Below are positions 1-8,178 of a DNA stretch of 64,000 bases, one piece after another. The notes under the pieces were generated by a model. The model worked only from the letters and a program-made list of their open reading frames with translations. It did not search any database and was not told the origin of the DNA. Within the stretch, counting starts at the first letter, position 1; every line of letters starts with the position of its first letter. Origin of the DNA: Campylobacterales bacterium. Lineage in GTDB: Bacteria; Campylobacterota; Campylobacteria; Campylobacterales; QNZT01. The translations under genes and the position numbers were made by a program. The DNA is taken from positions 5,112 to 69,111 of the forward strand of contig JAMONX010000060.1 in NCBI GenBank assembly GCA_027066435.1, read 5' to 3'.

Positions 1-2633
1 AACCTGTTGTTTCACTTGTTGTTACGACACCAGCAGGTCCTGAAACTTTTTTCATTAGAGATAAAGATTTTACCGAAATTGGACCGTTTGTTTTTTATCT
101 AAATCAAAAACCGATTAAAAGTAATAGATACATTCATATTTATAATAGAGATGATAAATTTTATTTTATCTCAAATAGAGATATAGATTGGTTTAAAATG
201 GCTACTCAGAAAAAAGGTACAATGAAGGCAAATATTGAACATGAATTTCAATCCAAGATGCTTTACACGATTGATGGTGTAAACTTTGTTCCAAAAGAGA
301 TTTATAAAAAAGGTGCTGTTAAAATTGTCTCTAAAGATAGAGAAAGTGATAAGGTAGATTTAAAGACACAAGATGGTTTATCTGCACTTATAGTAAATGT
401 TGAATACAAGGATAAAGTAAAAGAGGTTGCTTTGATGGGTATGGGGCAGAGATTCAAAGGTTATGCTTCAAATATAAAAATGGATGATTTGGACTTGACA
501 TTGGAGTGGGGTTCAAAAGAGTTGTATTTACCTTTTTCACTTAAATTAGAGGAGTTTGTAATGGATAAGTATGCTGGGTCTATGAGTCCATCTTCTTATA
601 AAAGTAAAGTGGTTTTAATAGACAAGGAAAATGGTATAAATATGCCATATGAAATATATATGAATAATACACTTTCATATGGAGGATATAAATTTTTTCA
701 ATCCTCTTATGATCAAGATGAAAAGGGTACGATTTTATCAGTAAATCATGACCCTGGAAAATGGCCCACATATATTGGTTATACACTTTTAGCTATAGGA
801 TTTTTCTTAAACTTGATAAGTCCTTATAGTAGATTTGGAAAATTGGCTCGTACTAGATATGGTAATATTGGCGGTTTTGTTATGATTGCCTCATTGTTGT
901 CATTATTGTCTTTTGCACAGCCCTTACAAGCACAAGGAAATGGACAGAGTGTACTAACTCAAGAAGAAATTGTAGAGTATATAACTAAAGTTGACGCAGA
1001 TCATGCTAAAAATTTCGGAACCATAATTATACAAGATAGAGGAGGGCGGATGAAGCCTATTGATACTATCTCAACCGATGTAATAAATAAAATATCTGGA
1101 AAATCATCATTTTTTGGGCTTAATCATAATCAAGTTTTACTAGGTATGCTTTCAAAAGCCCAATATTGGCAGAATGTAGATATGATAAAAGCCACTCATC
1201 CTGAAGTAAAATCTCTTTTTGGTATGAGTGAAGATCAAAAATATTTTGCTTTTAACGATATATTTAATGCAAAAGGTGAGTATAAAATAGGGGACGCGGT
1301 AAGTGATGCCCATAGAAAAAAACCAGCCGAAAGAGATAAATTTGATAAAGATCTTATTAAAGTAGACGAAAGAGTTAATGTAGCATATATGGTTTATCAA
1401 GGAGATATGCTAAGAGCGTTTCCTTATGAAAATGCTCACAACAATAAGTGGCATACACCAGCAGAGATTGTAAAAGATATTTCTGCTGGTACAAGAAAAA
1501 CATTACAAACTCTATTGTCAAATTATTTTCATGGCATCTCAGAAGGTATGGATAAAGGTAATTGGAATAGTGCTGATAAAGCAGTTGAAGCAATTAAAGA
1601 GTATCAGTCAAGAGTTGGTTCGGAGGTAATGCCTGGTGACTTAAGAGTTAAATTAGAGGTTTTATATAATAGCCTTGATATTTTTAATAAGTTAACACCT
1701 GTATATCTTATCTCTGGACTTATACTGTTGATGTTTATTTTTGTAAGATTAGTAAGACCAAAACTTAATACAAAGTTTATAACAAAAGTTATCATAATTA
1801 TTATGACACTTGGCTTTATAGCTCATACTATAAACCTTGGACTTAGATGGTATATTGGGGCTCATGCACCTTGGAGTAATGGATATGAAGCTATGCTATA
1901 TATTTCATGGACAACCGTTCTTGCAGGATTGTCTTTTGCAAGGCAGTCTGATTTTTCTGTTGCTACAACTGCAATTTTTGCAGGTTTGACACTTTTTACA
2001 GCACATTTAAGTTGGCTTGATCCGCAAATAACAAATATTGTTCCAGTGTTAAAATCATATTGGTTAACAATTCATGTTTCAGTAATTACCGCAAGTTATG
2101 GGTTTTTGGGACTTAGTACACTTTTAGGTTTTATTACTCTTATTCTTTTTATTATGATGAGTAAAAAAGGTTCGGCAGAAGTTAGGGAACAAATTGTAAT
2201 GAATATTAAAGAGGCAACAAGAATCAATGAAATGTCTATGATACTAGGTATCTCTCTTTTAACTGTAGGTAACTTCTTAGGAGGTGTTTGGGCAAATGAA
2301 AGTTGGGGTAGATATTGGGGCTGGGATCCAAAAGAGACTTGGACTTTGGTGACAATTTTTGTTTATGTTATTGTTCTCCACCTTAGATTTGTACCAAAAT
2401 TAAGTACCCCGTATATATTTGCTGTTGCATCTGTAGTATCATATTCCTCTGTTATTATGACTTACTTTGGGGTAAACTATTATCTTGCAGGGATGCACTC
2501 ATACGCTGGCGGTGATCCTGTACCAATTCCTACTTGGATATTTTATGTGATAGCAACTATTGCAGTAATTTCTATGTTGGCATATGGCAAAACTGGACTC
2601 TATAAAAGTGTAAAGGTTAAAAAGGTAAATTAA
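1..2633 (+). CDS. ccsBA: Cytochrome c biogenesis system II synthase, fused ResB/CcsB-CcsA (CcsBA); 5' end cut by window edge
   Basis: The frame of the 198..2633 ORF stays open with no stop back to nt 3, so the gene begins upstream of the window. The C-terminal half is polytopic and carries the CcsA tryptophan-rich WWD motif (WANESWGRYWGWDPKETW). A single fused polypeptide is typical of Campylobacterota. Confidence 0.85.
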   Translation, partial: PVVSLVVTTPAGPETFFIRDKDFTEIGPFVFYLNQKPIKSNRYIHIYNRDDKFYFISNRDIDWFKMATQKKGTMKANIEHEFQSKMLYTIDGVNFVPKEIYKKGAVKIVSKDRESDKVDLKTQDGLSALIVNVEYKDKVKEVALMGMGQRFKGYASNIKMDDLDLTLEWGSKELYLPFSLKLEEFVMDKYAGSMSPSSYKSKVVLIDKENGINMPYEIYMNNTLSYGGYKFFQSSYDQDEKGTILSVNHDPGKWPTYIGYTLLAIGFFLNLISPYSRFGKLARTRYGNIGGFVMIASLLSLLSFAQPLQAQGNGQSVLTQEEIVEYITKVDADHAKNFGTIIIQDRGGRMKPIDTISTDVINKISGKSSFFGLNHNQVLLGMLSKAQYWQNVDMIKATHPEVKSLFGMSEDQKYFAFNDIFNAKGEYKIGDAVSDAHRKKPAERDKFDKDLIKVDERVNVAYMVYQGDMLRAFPYENAHNNKWHTPAEIVKDISAGTRKTLQTLLSNYFHGISEGMDKGNWNSADKAVEAIKEYQSRVGSEVMPGDLRVKLEVLYNSLDIFNKLTPVYLISGLILLMFIFVRLVRPKLNTKFITKVIIIIMTLGFIAHTINLGLRWYIGAHAPWSNGYEAMLYISWTTVLAGLSFARQSDFSVATTAIFAGLTLFTAHLSWLDPQITNIVPVLKSYWLTIHVSVITASYGFLGLSTLLGFITLILFIMMSKKGSAEVREQIVMNIKEATRINEMSMILGISLLTVGNFLGGVWANESWGRYWGWDPKETWTLVTIFVYVIVLHLRFVPKLSTPYIFAVASVVSYSSVIMTYFGVNYYLAGMHSYAGGDPVPIPTWIFYVIATIAVISMLAYGKTGLYKSVKVKKVN

Positions 2634-2647
2634 TTATATAGAAAATA

Positions 2648-2687
2648 GGCAAGATATGGTGATATGCCATACCTTGTTTCTTGTTTT
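2648..2687 (+). terminator. Putative rho-independent terminator of ccsBA
   Basis: Hairpin GGCAAGATATGG / CCATACCTTGTT (about 10 bp with one mismatch, 7-nt loop) starts 15 nt after the ccsBA stop. It is followed by the T-rich run TTTCTTGTTTTC. Confidence 0.5.
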
Positions 2688-2692
2688 CGATG

Positions 2693-2724
2693 ATGAGCCT
2701 CACAAAAAGCTAGATGAGGCTCAT
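2693..2724. terminator. Perfect 10-bp inverted repeat between convergent genes (possible terminator for the cytochrome operon)
   Basis: ATGAGCCTCA (2693-2702) and TGAGGCTCAT (2715-2724) with a 12-nt loop, lying between the ccsBA stop and the minus-strand cytochrome stop at 2769. There is no clear U-tract on the minus strand, so the function is uncertain. Confidence 0.35.
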
Positions 2725-2768
2725 TAAGTTTAATCTCTCTTATGTTAAGAATTTATACTTTTATTAAA

Positions 2769-3734
2769 TCACTCTAACCATAATCCTCTAGGTTTATCTT
2801 TCTTCTTATCTTGACGACCTGGTTCATAAAAATATGGTTTATCAGATGCATGAGGGTTATGACATTTTACACAACTACTTTCGCTAGAAGCTGCACAATT
2901 TGTACCTTCTTTTTTAGTTGTTCGTCCTTTTCCTTCATGACAACTTGTACATAGTTTGTTTGGAGTAAGTCTTATGAAGTATTTATTTGGTGAGGAGTGT
3001 GGGTTATGACATCTATCGCATATACCTATAATTACTGGATCGTGCTTATATTTTTTTGACCTAAATGATTGCTGAAACTTTTTATGACAATGTATGCAAG
3101 CTTTATTGATTTCTAATGGGACAGGGTATTTTGTTAGCTTTGAATGTGTTTTTTCATGACAAGTACTGCATACCCAATTTACCGCAGGTGCATGGGCATC
3201 TTGGTATTTTAATAAACTTTGATGACAATTGTAGCAATTTGACTCTTTAGGATCTAAAAATGCAAATCCTTTTTTTTCATTAGAATTCATTTTATGGCAT
3301 TTTTTACATGCTTTTTCATTTTTTGTTGTATGAAAATAGTTGTTTTCATAACCTTTTGGTGAATATTTATATCTTTTATAGACAGGAAATTTATAATATG
3401 ATTCTATTAGCGATTCAAATCTCTTTTTTCCTTTTGAATAAGCCCTTACAAATATTGTATTTTCACCAAAATCTAGAGATACTAATGTGCAATAGGTATC
3501 TCTCTTTTTTGTAATATTATTTTCATAAATAGTACCATTATTTGAATATATTTTTATCTTATCAATGTTCTTATCAATTATTTTAACAACAACTGTAAGA
3601 GTGTTTTTTTGAAAAACTGTATTAGTTTGTGGTTCTAATATTTTTATGGGTTGAGTCTCTTTAGCATTTATATTTAAAAGCAGGGCAAACATAAATAAAA
3701 CTAAATATTTTCCCAAAATTTTTTCTTTTATCAC
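2769..3734 (-). CDS. Periplasmic heptahaem c-type cytochrome with beta-rich N-terminal domain
   Basis: N-terminal signal peptide (MIKEKILGKYLVLFMFALLLNINA). Seven CXXCH motifs (CKKCH, CYNCH, CSTCH, CIHCH, CDRCH, CTSCH, CVKCH), several in the CxxCHNPH context. The first ~100 aa have no haem motif and show an alternating beta-strand-like pattern. Confidence 0.85.
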   Translation of the reverse strand: MIKEKILGKYLVLFMFALLLNINAKETQPIKILEPQTNTVFQKNTLTVVVKIIDKNIDKIKIYSNNGTIYENNITKKRDTYCTLVSLDFGENTIFVRAYSKGKKRFESLIESYYKFPVYKRYKYSPKGYENNYFHTTKNEKACKKCHKMNSNEKKGFAFLDPKESNCYNCHQSLLKYQDAHAPAVNWVCSTCHEKTHSKLTKYPVPLEINKACIHCHKKFQQSFRSKKYKHDPVIIGICDRCHNPHSSPNKYFIRLTPNKLCTSCHEGKGRTTKKEGTNCAASSESSCVKCHNPHASDKPYFYEPGRQDKKKDKPRGLWLE

Positions 3735-3744
3735 GCTTTTCCCT

Positions 3745-5331
3745 TTATCTTTTTATACCAATTGGATTAACCCTATCGTAAGAAAATTTCTTATGACATG
3801 CTGGTTGACACGATCCTCCATTTTTAGTTTCTATATATCTTAGTGGAAATTTTACTCCGCCAAATACTGTATAGTCTCTTATCAGCTTTGGATGCTTAGA
3901 CGCATGTTCATCATGACAAGCTCTACAGGTTCTGCCTTTTCTATCATTAATATGTAAAAAGTGAAGATTTACCTTTCCATCTCTAAATTTTGTACTTTTT
4001 GTAGTGAACTCTTTTTTTATTTTATCAATCTTGTGACATTTAAAGCAGATAAAACCTTTTTTTGAAAAATCACCATAAAACTTTTTAGTATATGACTCTT
4101 TTAGAATACTAAAGTGGTTTGAACCGTGAGGATTATGACATCCTGCACATCCACCCTCTTTTTCTACATCAGATATTGGTTTATGCCAATTCTTATGGGT
4201 TTTTAAATGTTCAGCCATATTCATCATCATTTGACCATCTTCATCAGATTTTAAAGATTTATTATGACACTCAAGACAGGTTTTAACTTGATCTTTTTTT
4301 AATATATTTTTATGATTTGATGCATGTGGATCATGACATTCTAAACATTTCTTACCTTTTCCTACTATCGCACCGTGTTGATATTTTACATTTTTGTAAT
4401 TTATCCATTTTTTATCCATTTTTCTTTTGTTGTGGCATTTCATACAAAGCCCTAAATTCCCATCTTTGGATTTTAAGAGTTTTTTATATTTTGAATTATG
4501 ATGTTCATGACACTCTAAGCAATTTTTTTCAACAGGTTTATGTATATATTTTTTATTTAAATTTATAGTTTTCTTCATATCTTTAACTGACTTATTTTTG
4601 TCATGACATTTAAGACATAGATTATTAACAGATTTCCCTTTTAGTAAAACTTTAGTATTTGATTGATGTGGATCGTGACATTTAAAACATTTACCGTCTT
4701 CCACAGGTTTATGTTTATATTGTTGTTTATCTTTTCGAGGATGACACTTATAACAAAGTGCGACTATATTCTTTTTTGTTACAAGTTTTCCAGGTTCTGC
4801 ACTGTTTCCATCATGACAAATGAGACATGCTCCCTTTTTGAAAGGCTCGTGAAGATATTTTTTGAGAGGTTTAAACTTTTGCGGTAAATCTTCTAATTTT
4901 ACAAGTTCTGTAACTTTTGCATCGATTTTTGAGTGATGCAACATCTTTTCTTCGGTTGCATGCTCTTGCATCGCTATTACTTCTTGTTCTTCTTGTAACT
5001 TTGCAAGTTCGCTATCTAACTTATTTTTTGAAGCAAGCTTAATTTCTAATTCTTTAACCTTTTCTAATAATCCTTCAATTTTTTCTCTCTGCCCAGTTTT
5101 AAAATCTTCAGCAATTTTTGTAATATTAATATCTCTTAACTCTTCTTCACTTACATCTAAATCTATACCTTCGGTGTAATATGAGTGAGGATCTTTTTGT
5201 AAATTTGTCATAATATTTCCCATTATGACTACAAATTTACCAAATTTTGTTCCAACATCATATTTTATAAAAAATATAACTGAAAAAACTATTATTAGAG
5301 TTAAAATGATTAATTTAATATTTTTTGCCAT
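3745..5331 (-). CDS. Membrane-anchored dodecahaem c-type cytochrome (11 CXXCH + 1 CX3CH)
   Basis: N-terminal hydrophobic anchor (IKLIILTLIIVFSVIFFI), then a charged coiled-coil-like stretch (EKIEGLLEKVKELEIKLASKNKLDSELAKLQEEQE). Motifs: CLICH, CYKCH, CFKCH, CLKCH, CLECH, CMKCH, CLECH, CLECH, CAGCH, CFKCH, CRACH and a terminal CQPACH. Confidence 0.85.
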   Translation of the reverse strand: MAKNIKLIILTLIIVFSVIFFIKYDVGTKFGKFVVIMGNIMTNLQKDPHSYYTEGIDLDVSEEELRDINITKIAEDFKTGQREKIEGLLEKVKELEIKLASKNKLDSELAKLQEEQEVIAMQEHATEEKMLHHSKIDAKVTELVKLEDLPQKFKPLKKYLHEPFKKGACLICHDGNSAEPGKLVTKKNIVALCYKCHPRKDKQQYKHKPVEDGKCFKCHDPHQSNTKVLLKGKSVNNLCLKCHDKNKSVKDMKKTINLNKKYIHKPVEKNCLECHEHHNSKYKKLLKSKDGNLGLCMKCHNKRKMDKKWINYKNVKYQHGAIVGKGKKCLECHDPHASNHKNILKKDQVKTCLECHNKSLKSDEDGQMMMNMAEHLKTHKNWHKPISDVEKEGGCAGCHNPHGSNHFSILKESYTKKFYGDFSKKGFICFKCHKIDKIKKEFTTKSTKFRDGKVNLHFLHINDRKGRTCRACHDEHASKHPKLIRDYTVFGGVKFPLRYIETKNGGSCQPACHKKFSYDRVNPIGIKR

Positions 5332-5364
5332 AAGCTATCCTATCTACTAAAGAGCAAAAGCTCT

Positions 5365-5913
5365 TTAGTGAATACTTCTTTTTTCTCTTTTTATTGTAGT
5401 CCCTGTTGGATCTTGAAATTCACCAGCTGGACACTCCTCTTCAATAACCTTATTTCTTACTAGTTTTTTCTTGTCAGCATGATGAGGGCTATGGCATTTG
5501 TTACAATTTAGCTCCCTATCTACCTTCTTCACTGGTGGGTGACATTTGTAGCAAAGACTTTCAACTGTTTTTGTAACTAGTGCAGCAACTTTATCTTTCT
5601 TAGGGGCATGGCAGACATGACAAGCTCCCTGACCAAAAGGCGGATGAATGACTTCTTTAAAAGGTTGAAAAGCTTGAGGAAGCTCTTTTTCCTTTATCAT
5701 ATTGGTTGTCCCAGTATTATTTTTAATATACTCTTTAGTCATACTATCCTCATGCCCTTCATCATGATAGAATGAGTGAGGATCTTTTGCTAAATTTGTT
5801 GCGATATTTTTATTTATCTCAAAAAACTTTCCTATTTTATCACCGCCAAAAATGACAGTTATGGCTATAAGGACTACTACTACAATTAGTGCTATTTTTA
5901 GTGTTTTATTCAT
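5365..5913 (-). CDS. Membrane-anchored trihaem c-type cytochrome
   Basis: N-terminal TM anchor (LKIALIVVVVLIAITVIFGG). Three CXXCH motifs (CHVCH, CYKCH, CNKCH). The N-terminal module is paralogous to that of the 528-aa cytochrome. Confidence 0.8.
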   Translation of the reverse strand: MNKTLKIALIVVVVLIAITVIFGGDKIGKFFEINKNIATNLAKDPHSFYHDEGHEDSMTKEYIKNNTGTTNMIKEKELPQAFQPFKEVIHPPFGQGACHVCHAPKKDKVAALVTKTVESLCYKCHPPVKKVDRELNCNKCHSPHHADKKKLVRNKVIEEECPAGEFQDPTGTTIKREKRSIH

Positions 5914-5926
5914 AATCTAATCCTTC

Positions 5927-6691
5927 CTATTCTGCATAATCTGAAGTATCTTCAATTGGAGCTGGAAGATGCTTCTCTAGTTCATAATGTCCGACATACT
6001 TATGACAATCAACACATTGGGCTTTTTTCCACTCTTTGCCATCTCTAACTTTTAACTTACCAGCAAAATATGCTTTATGTGCAATAAATGGTTTGCTTTT
6101 TAGTTTAGTGGCTCGAAGTAGATTTTCATGACAGTGGAGGCATCCTGAGTCATATACAAATTTTCTCTTATGTTCTCTTTTTTCATGCCAGTCAATTTTT
6201 GAAGTATCGTGAGTTGTTTCAACCCAAAGATCCCACATTCCTGATTTACCCTTTTGTACAAGATATCCAAGTAAAGAGTCATGTGGAAGGTGACAGTCTG
6301 CACATTTTGCAACAACTCCACTTTCTCCAAAACCACCGTGAACACTATTTCTATAAGCTTTTGCCATTGGTTCCATAGAGTGGCATGCACTACAAAATTG
6401 AAGTCCAGATGTTTGCTTAATAGCAATTGCGGAGATAAAAGATATAAACATACCAAGAGCTATAAAACCAAGTGCTAAAAGAAGGTAAAATAGTTTACTC
6501 TTTCCACTTTTTTCCACTTTTTTATCGGTTTTTAAAGTGCTTTTTTTATAATCCTTTGCACCTACCTGCTGTTTTGTTGTATCTTGTTTAGGCACAGGTT
6601 TTGAATTACTCGCCTCTTTGGGCTTTATTTTTTGCCCTTGTGCCTTTAGCTTGGCATCCTCGATGCTCTTTTGTATATCCTTCTTCTCCAT
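5927..6691 (-). CDS. NapC/NirT-family tetrahaem cytochrome c (membrane quinol dehydrogenase type)
   Basis: One TM helix (LFYLLLALGFIALGMFISFISAIAI) is followed directly by CSACH, then CADCH, CLHCH and CVDCH, with NapC/NirT-like spacing. A good SD (AAAGGA) lies 6 nt upstream of the ATG at 6691. The Lys-rich N-terminal tail is unusually long, at 76 aa. Confidence 0.8.
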   Translation of the reverse strand: MEKKDIQKSIEDAKLKAQGQKIKPKEASNSKPVPKQDTTKQQVGAKDYKKSTLKTDKKVEKSGKSKLFYLLLALGFIALGMFISFISAIAIKQTSGLQFCSACHSMEPMAKAYRNSVHGGFGESGVVAKCADCHLPHDSLLGYLVQKGKSGMWDLWVETTHDTSKIDWHEKREHKRKFVYDSGCLHCHENLLRATKLKSKPFIAHKAYFAGKLKVRDGKEWKKAQCVDCHKYVGHYELEKHLPAPIEDTSDYAE

Positions 6692-6985
6692 TCACAATCC
6701 TTTCTAAATTAGTGTAAGGTTTCACGCATATCACAAGAAGTAATTTAATTATTTTAATTAATTCACAACAGCTCAGATTGGTCTACCTATTCGCCTCCAC
6801 GCGAGATAAAATTGTAACATAAAAATAATAAAAAAGAAAAGTTATTATAATTTTTATAAGAAAAGTAAAGAATAACTTTAATGATTTTTTAACGAAATAT
6901 AACTTATAATAATAATTGATAAGGGGTTGTTGTTGAATATGATAATGCAAAATTTAATTCTCTTAGCTTTCAAAATGAGTGATTT

Positions 6986-8134
6986 TTGAAAAAAATTGTT
7001 TTAGTATGTAATACATCTTGGGGAATGATGATGTTTCGAAAAGGTATTATGATAAATTTTTTAAAAGAGGGTCATGAAGTTTTTGTTTTAGCTCCATATG
7101 ATGATTATTCAAAGCAGATTGAAGAGTTAGGGTGTCAGTATATTGAAGTGCCAATGGATAACAAGGGTGCAAGTATATTTAAAGACTTGTTACTTTTACG
7201 AAGACTATATAAGCACTATAAGAAAATTTTACCAGATTTAATATTTCATTATACAATTAAACCAAATATTTTTGGAACTATGGCTGCACACTATGCAAAA
7301 ACAAAATCTATCGCTGTTATTACTGGACTTGGATATACATTTATAAATCAAGGACTTGCTGCAAAGGCTGCTAAACAACTCTACAAGTTGGCTTTACCAA
7401 AGAGTAGAAAAGTATGGTTTATAAATCATGAAGACAGAAAAATGTTTATAAAAGAGGGGTTACTCTCTAGAGACCTTATTGAGATTTTGCCAGGTGAAGG
7501 TGTTGATATGGTTAAATATTCACCTATTGAGAAATCTAGGAATGATGGTAAATTTGTTTTTGTATTAATTGCGAGGCTTCTTTGGGATAAGGGAGTAGGT
7601 GAGTTTGTTCAAGCAGCAAAAGAGATAAAGAAAACTTATCAAAATACAGAGTTTCAGTTAGTTGGTTTTGTTGATGTAAAAAATCCACAAGCTATTTCAA
7701 AAGAGCAAGTTCTCTATTGGGTTGAAAAAGGTTGGATTACTTATAAAGGCTCTACTAATGATGTACGAGATTTTATAAGTTCTGCTGATTGTGTAGTTCT
7801 TCCATCATATAGAGAGGGGATAAGTAAAATACTTTTAGAATCTGCTTCTATGAAGAAGCCGATTATTGCATCTAATGTTCCAGGTTGCAGAGATGTTGTG
7901 GAGAATGCTGGTAGTGGTTATTTATGTAAAGTTAAAAATACAAATGATTTAATTTTAAAAATGGAAAAGATGCTTACTCTAAGCAAAAGTGAGCTTTTGA
8001 ATATGGGGGAGAAGGGTAGAAATCTTGTAAAAGATGAATTTGATGAAAATATTATAATTAAAAAATATAGCCAATCTATTAAATACCATACTTTAAAAGG
8101 TGAAGAAAATGGTGGTTTTGTAAAGAAATATTAA
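6986..8134 (+). CDS. Glycosyltransferase, GT-B fold group 1 / family 4
   Basis: C-terminal EX7E-type region (YREGISKILLESASMKKPIIASNVPGCRDVV) and overall GT4 length and layout. TTG start. Confidence 0.75.
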   Translation: MKKIVLVCNTSWGMMMFRKGIMINFLKEGHEVFVLAPYDDYSKQIEELGCQYIEVPMDNKGASIFKDLLLLRRLYKHYKKILPDLIFHYTIKPNIFGTMAAHYAKTKSIAVITGLGYTFINQGLAAKAAKQLYKLALPKSRKVWFINHEDRKMFIKEGLLSRDLIEILPGEGVDMVKYSPIEKSRNDGKFVFVLIARLLWDKGVGEFVQAAKEIKKTYQNTEFQLVGFVDVKNPQAISKEQVLYWVEKGWITYKGSTNDVRDFISSADCVVLPSYREGISKILLESASMKKPIIASNVPGCRDVVENAGSGYLCKVKNTNDLILKMEKMLTLSKSELLNMGEKGRNLVKDEFDENIIIKKYSQSIKYHTLKGEENGGFVKKY

Positions 8135-8178
8135 TAATAGTCGATTATAGGTGAATATACTATTTTCAAGGGTTACAT

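Noticed and set aside
6100-6456. 118-aa minus-strand ORF, and the 65-aa plus-strand ORF 6281..6478, both inside the NapC/NirT-like gene.
   Set aside because: These are alternative-frame or antisense shadows of a gene whose own frame carries four CXXCH motifs and a TM anchor. The translations are low-complexity.
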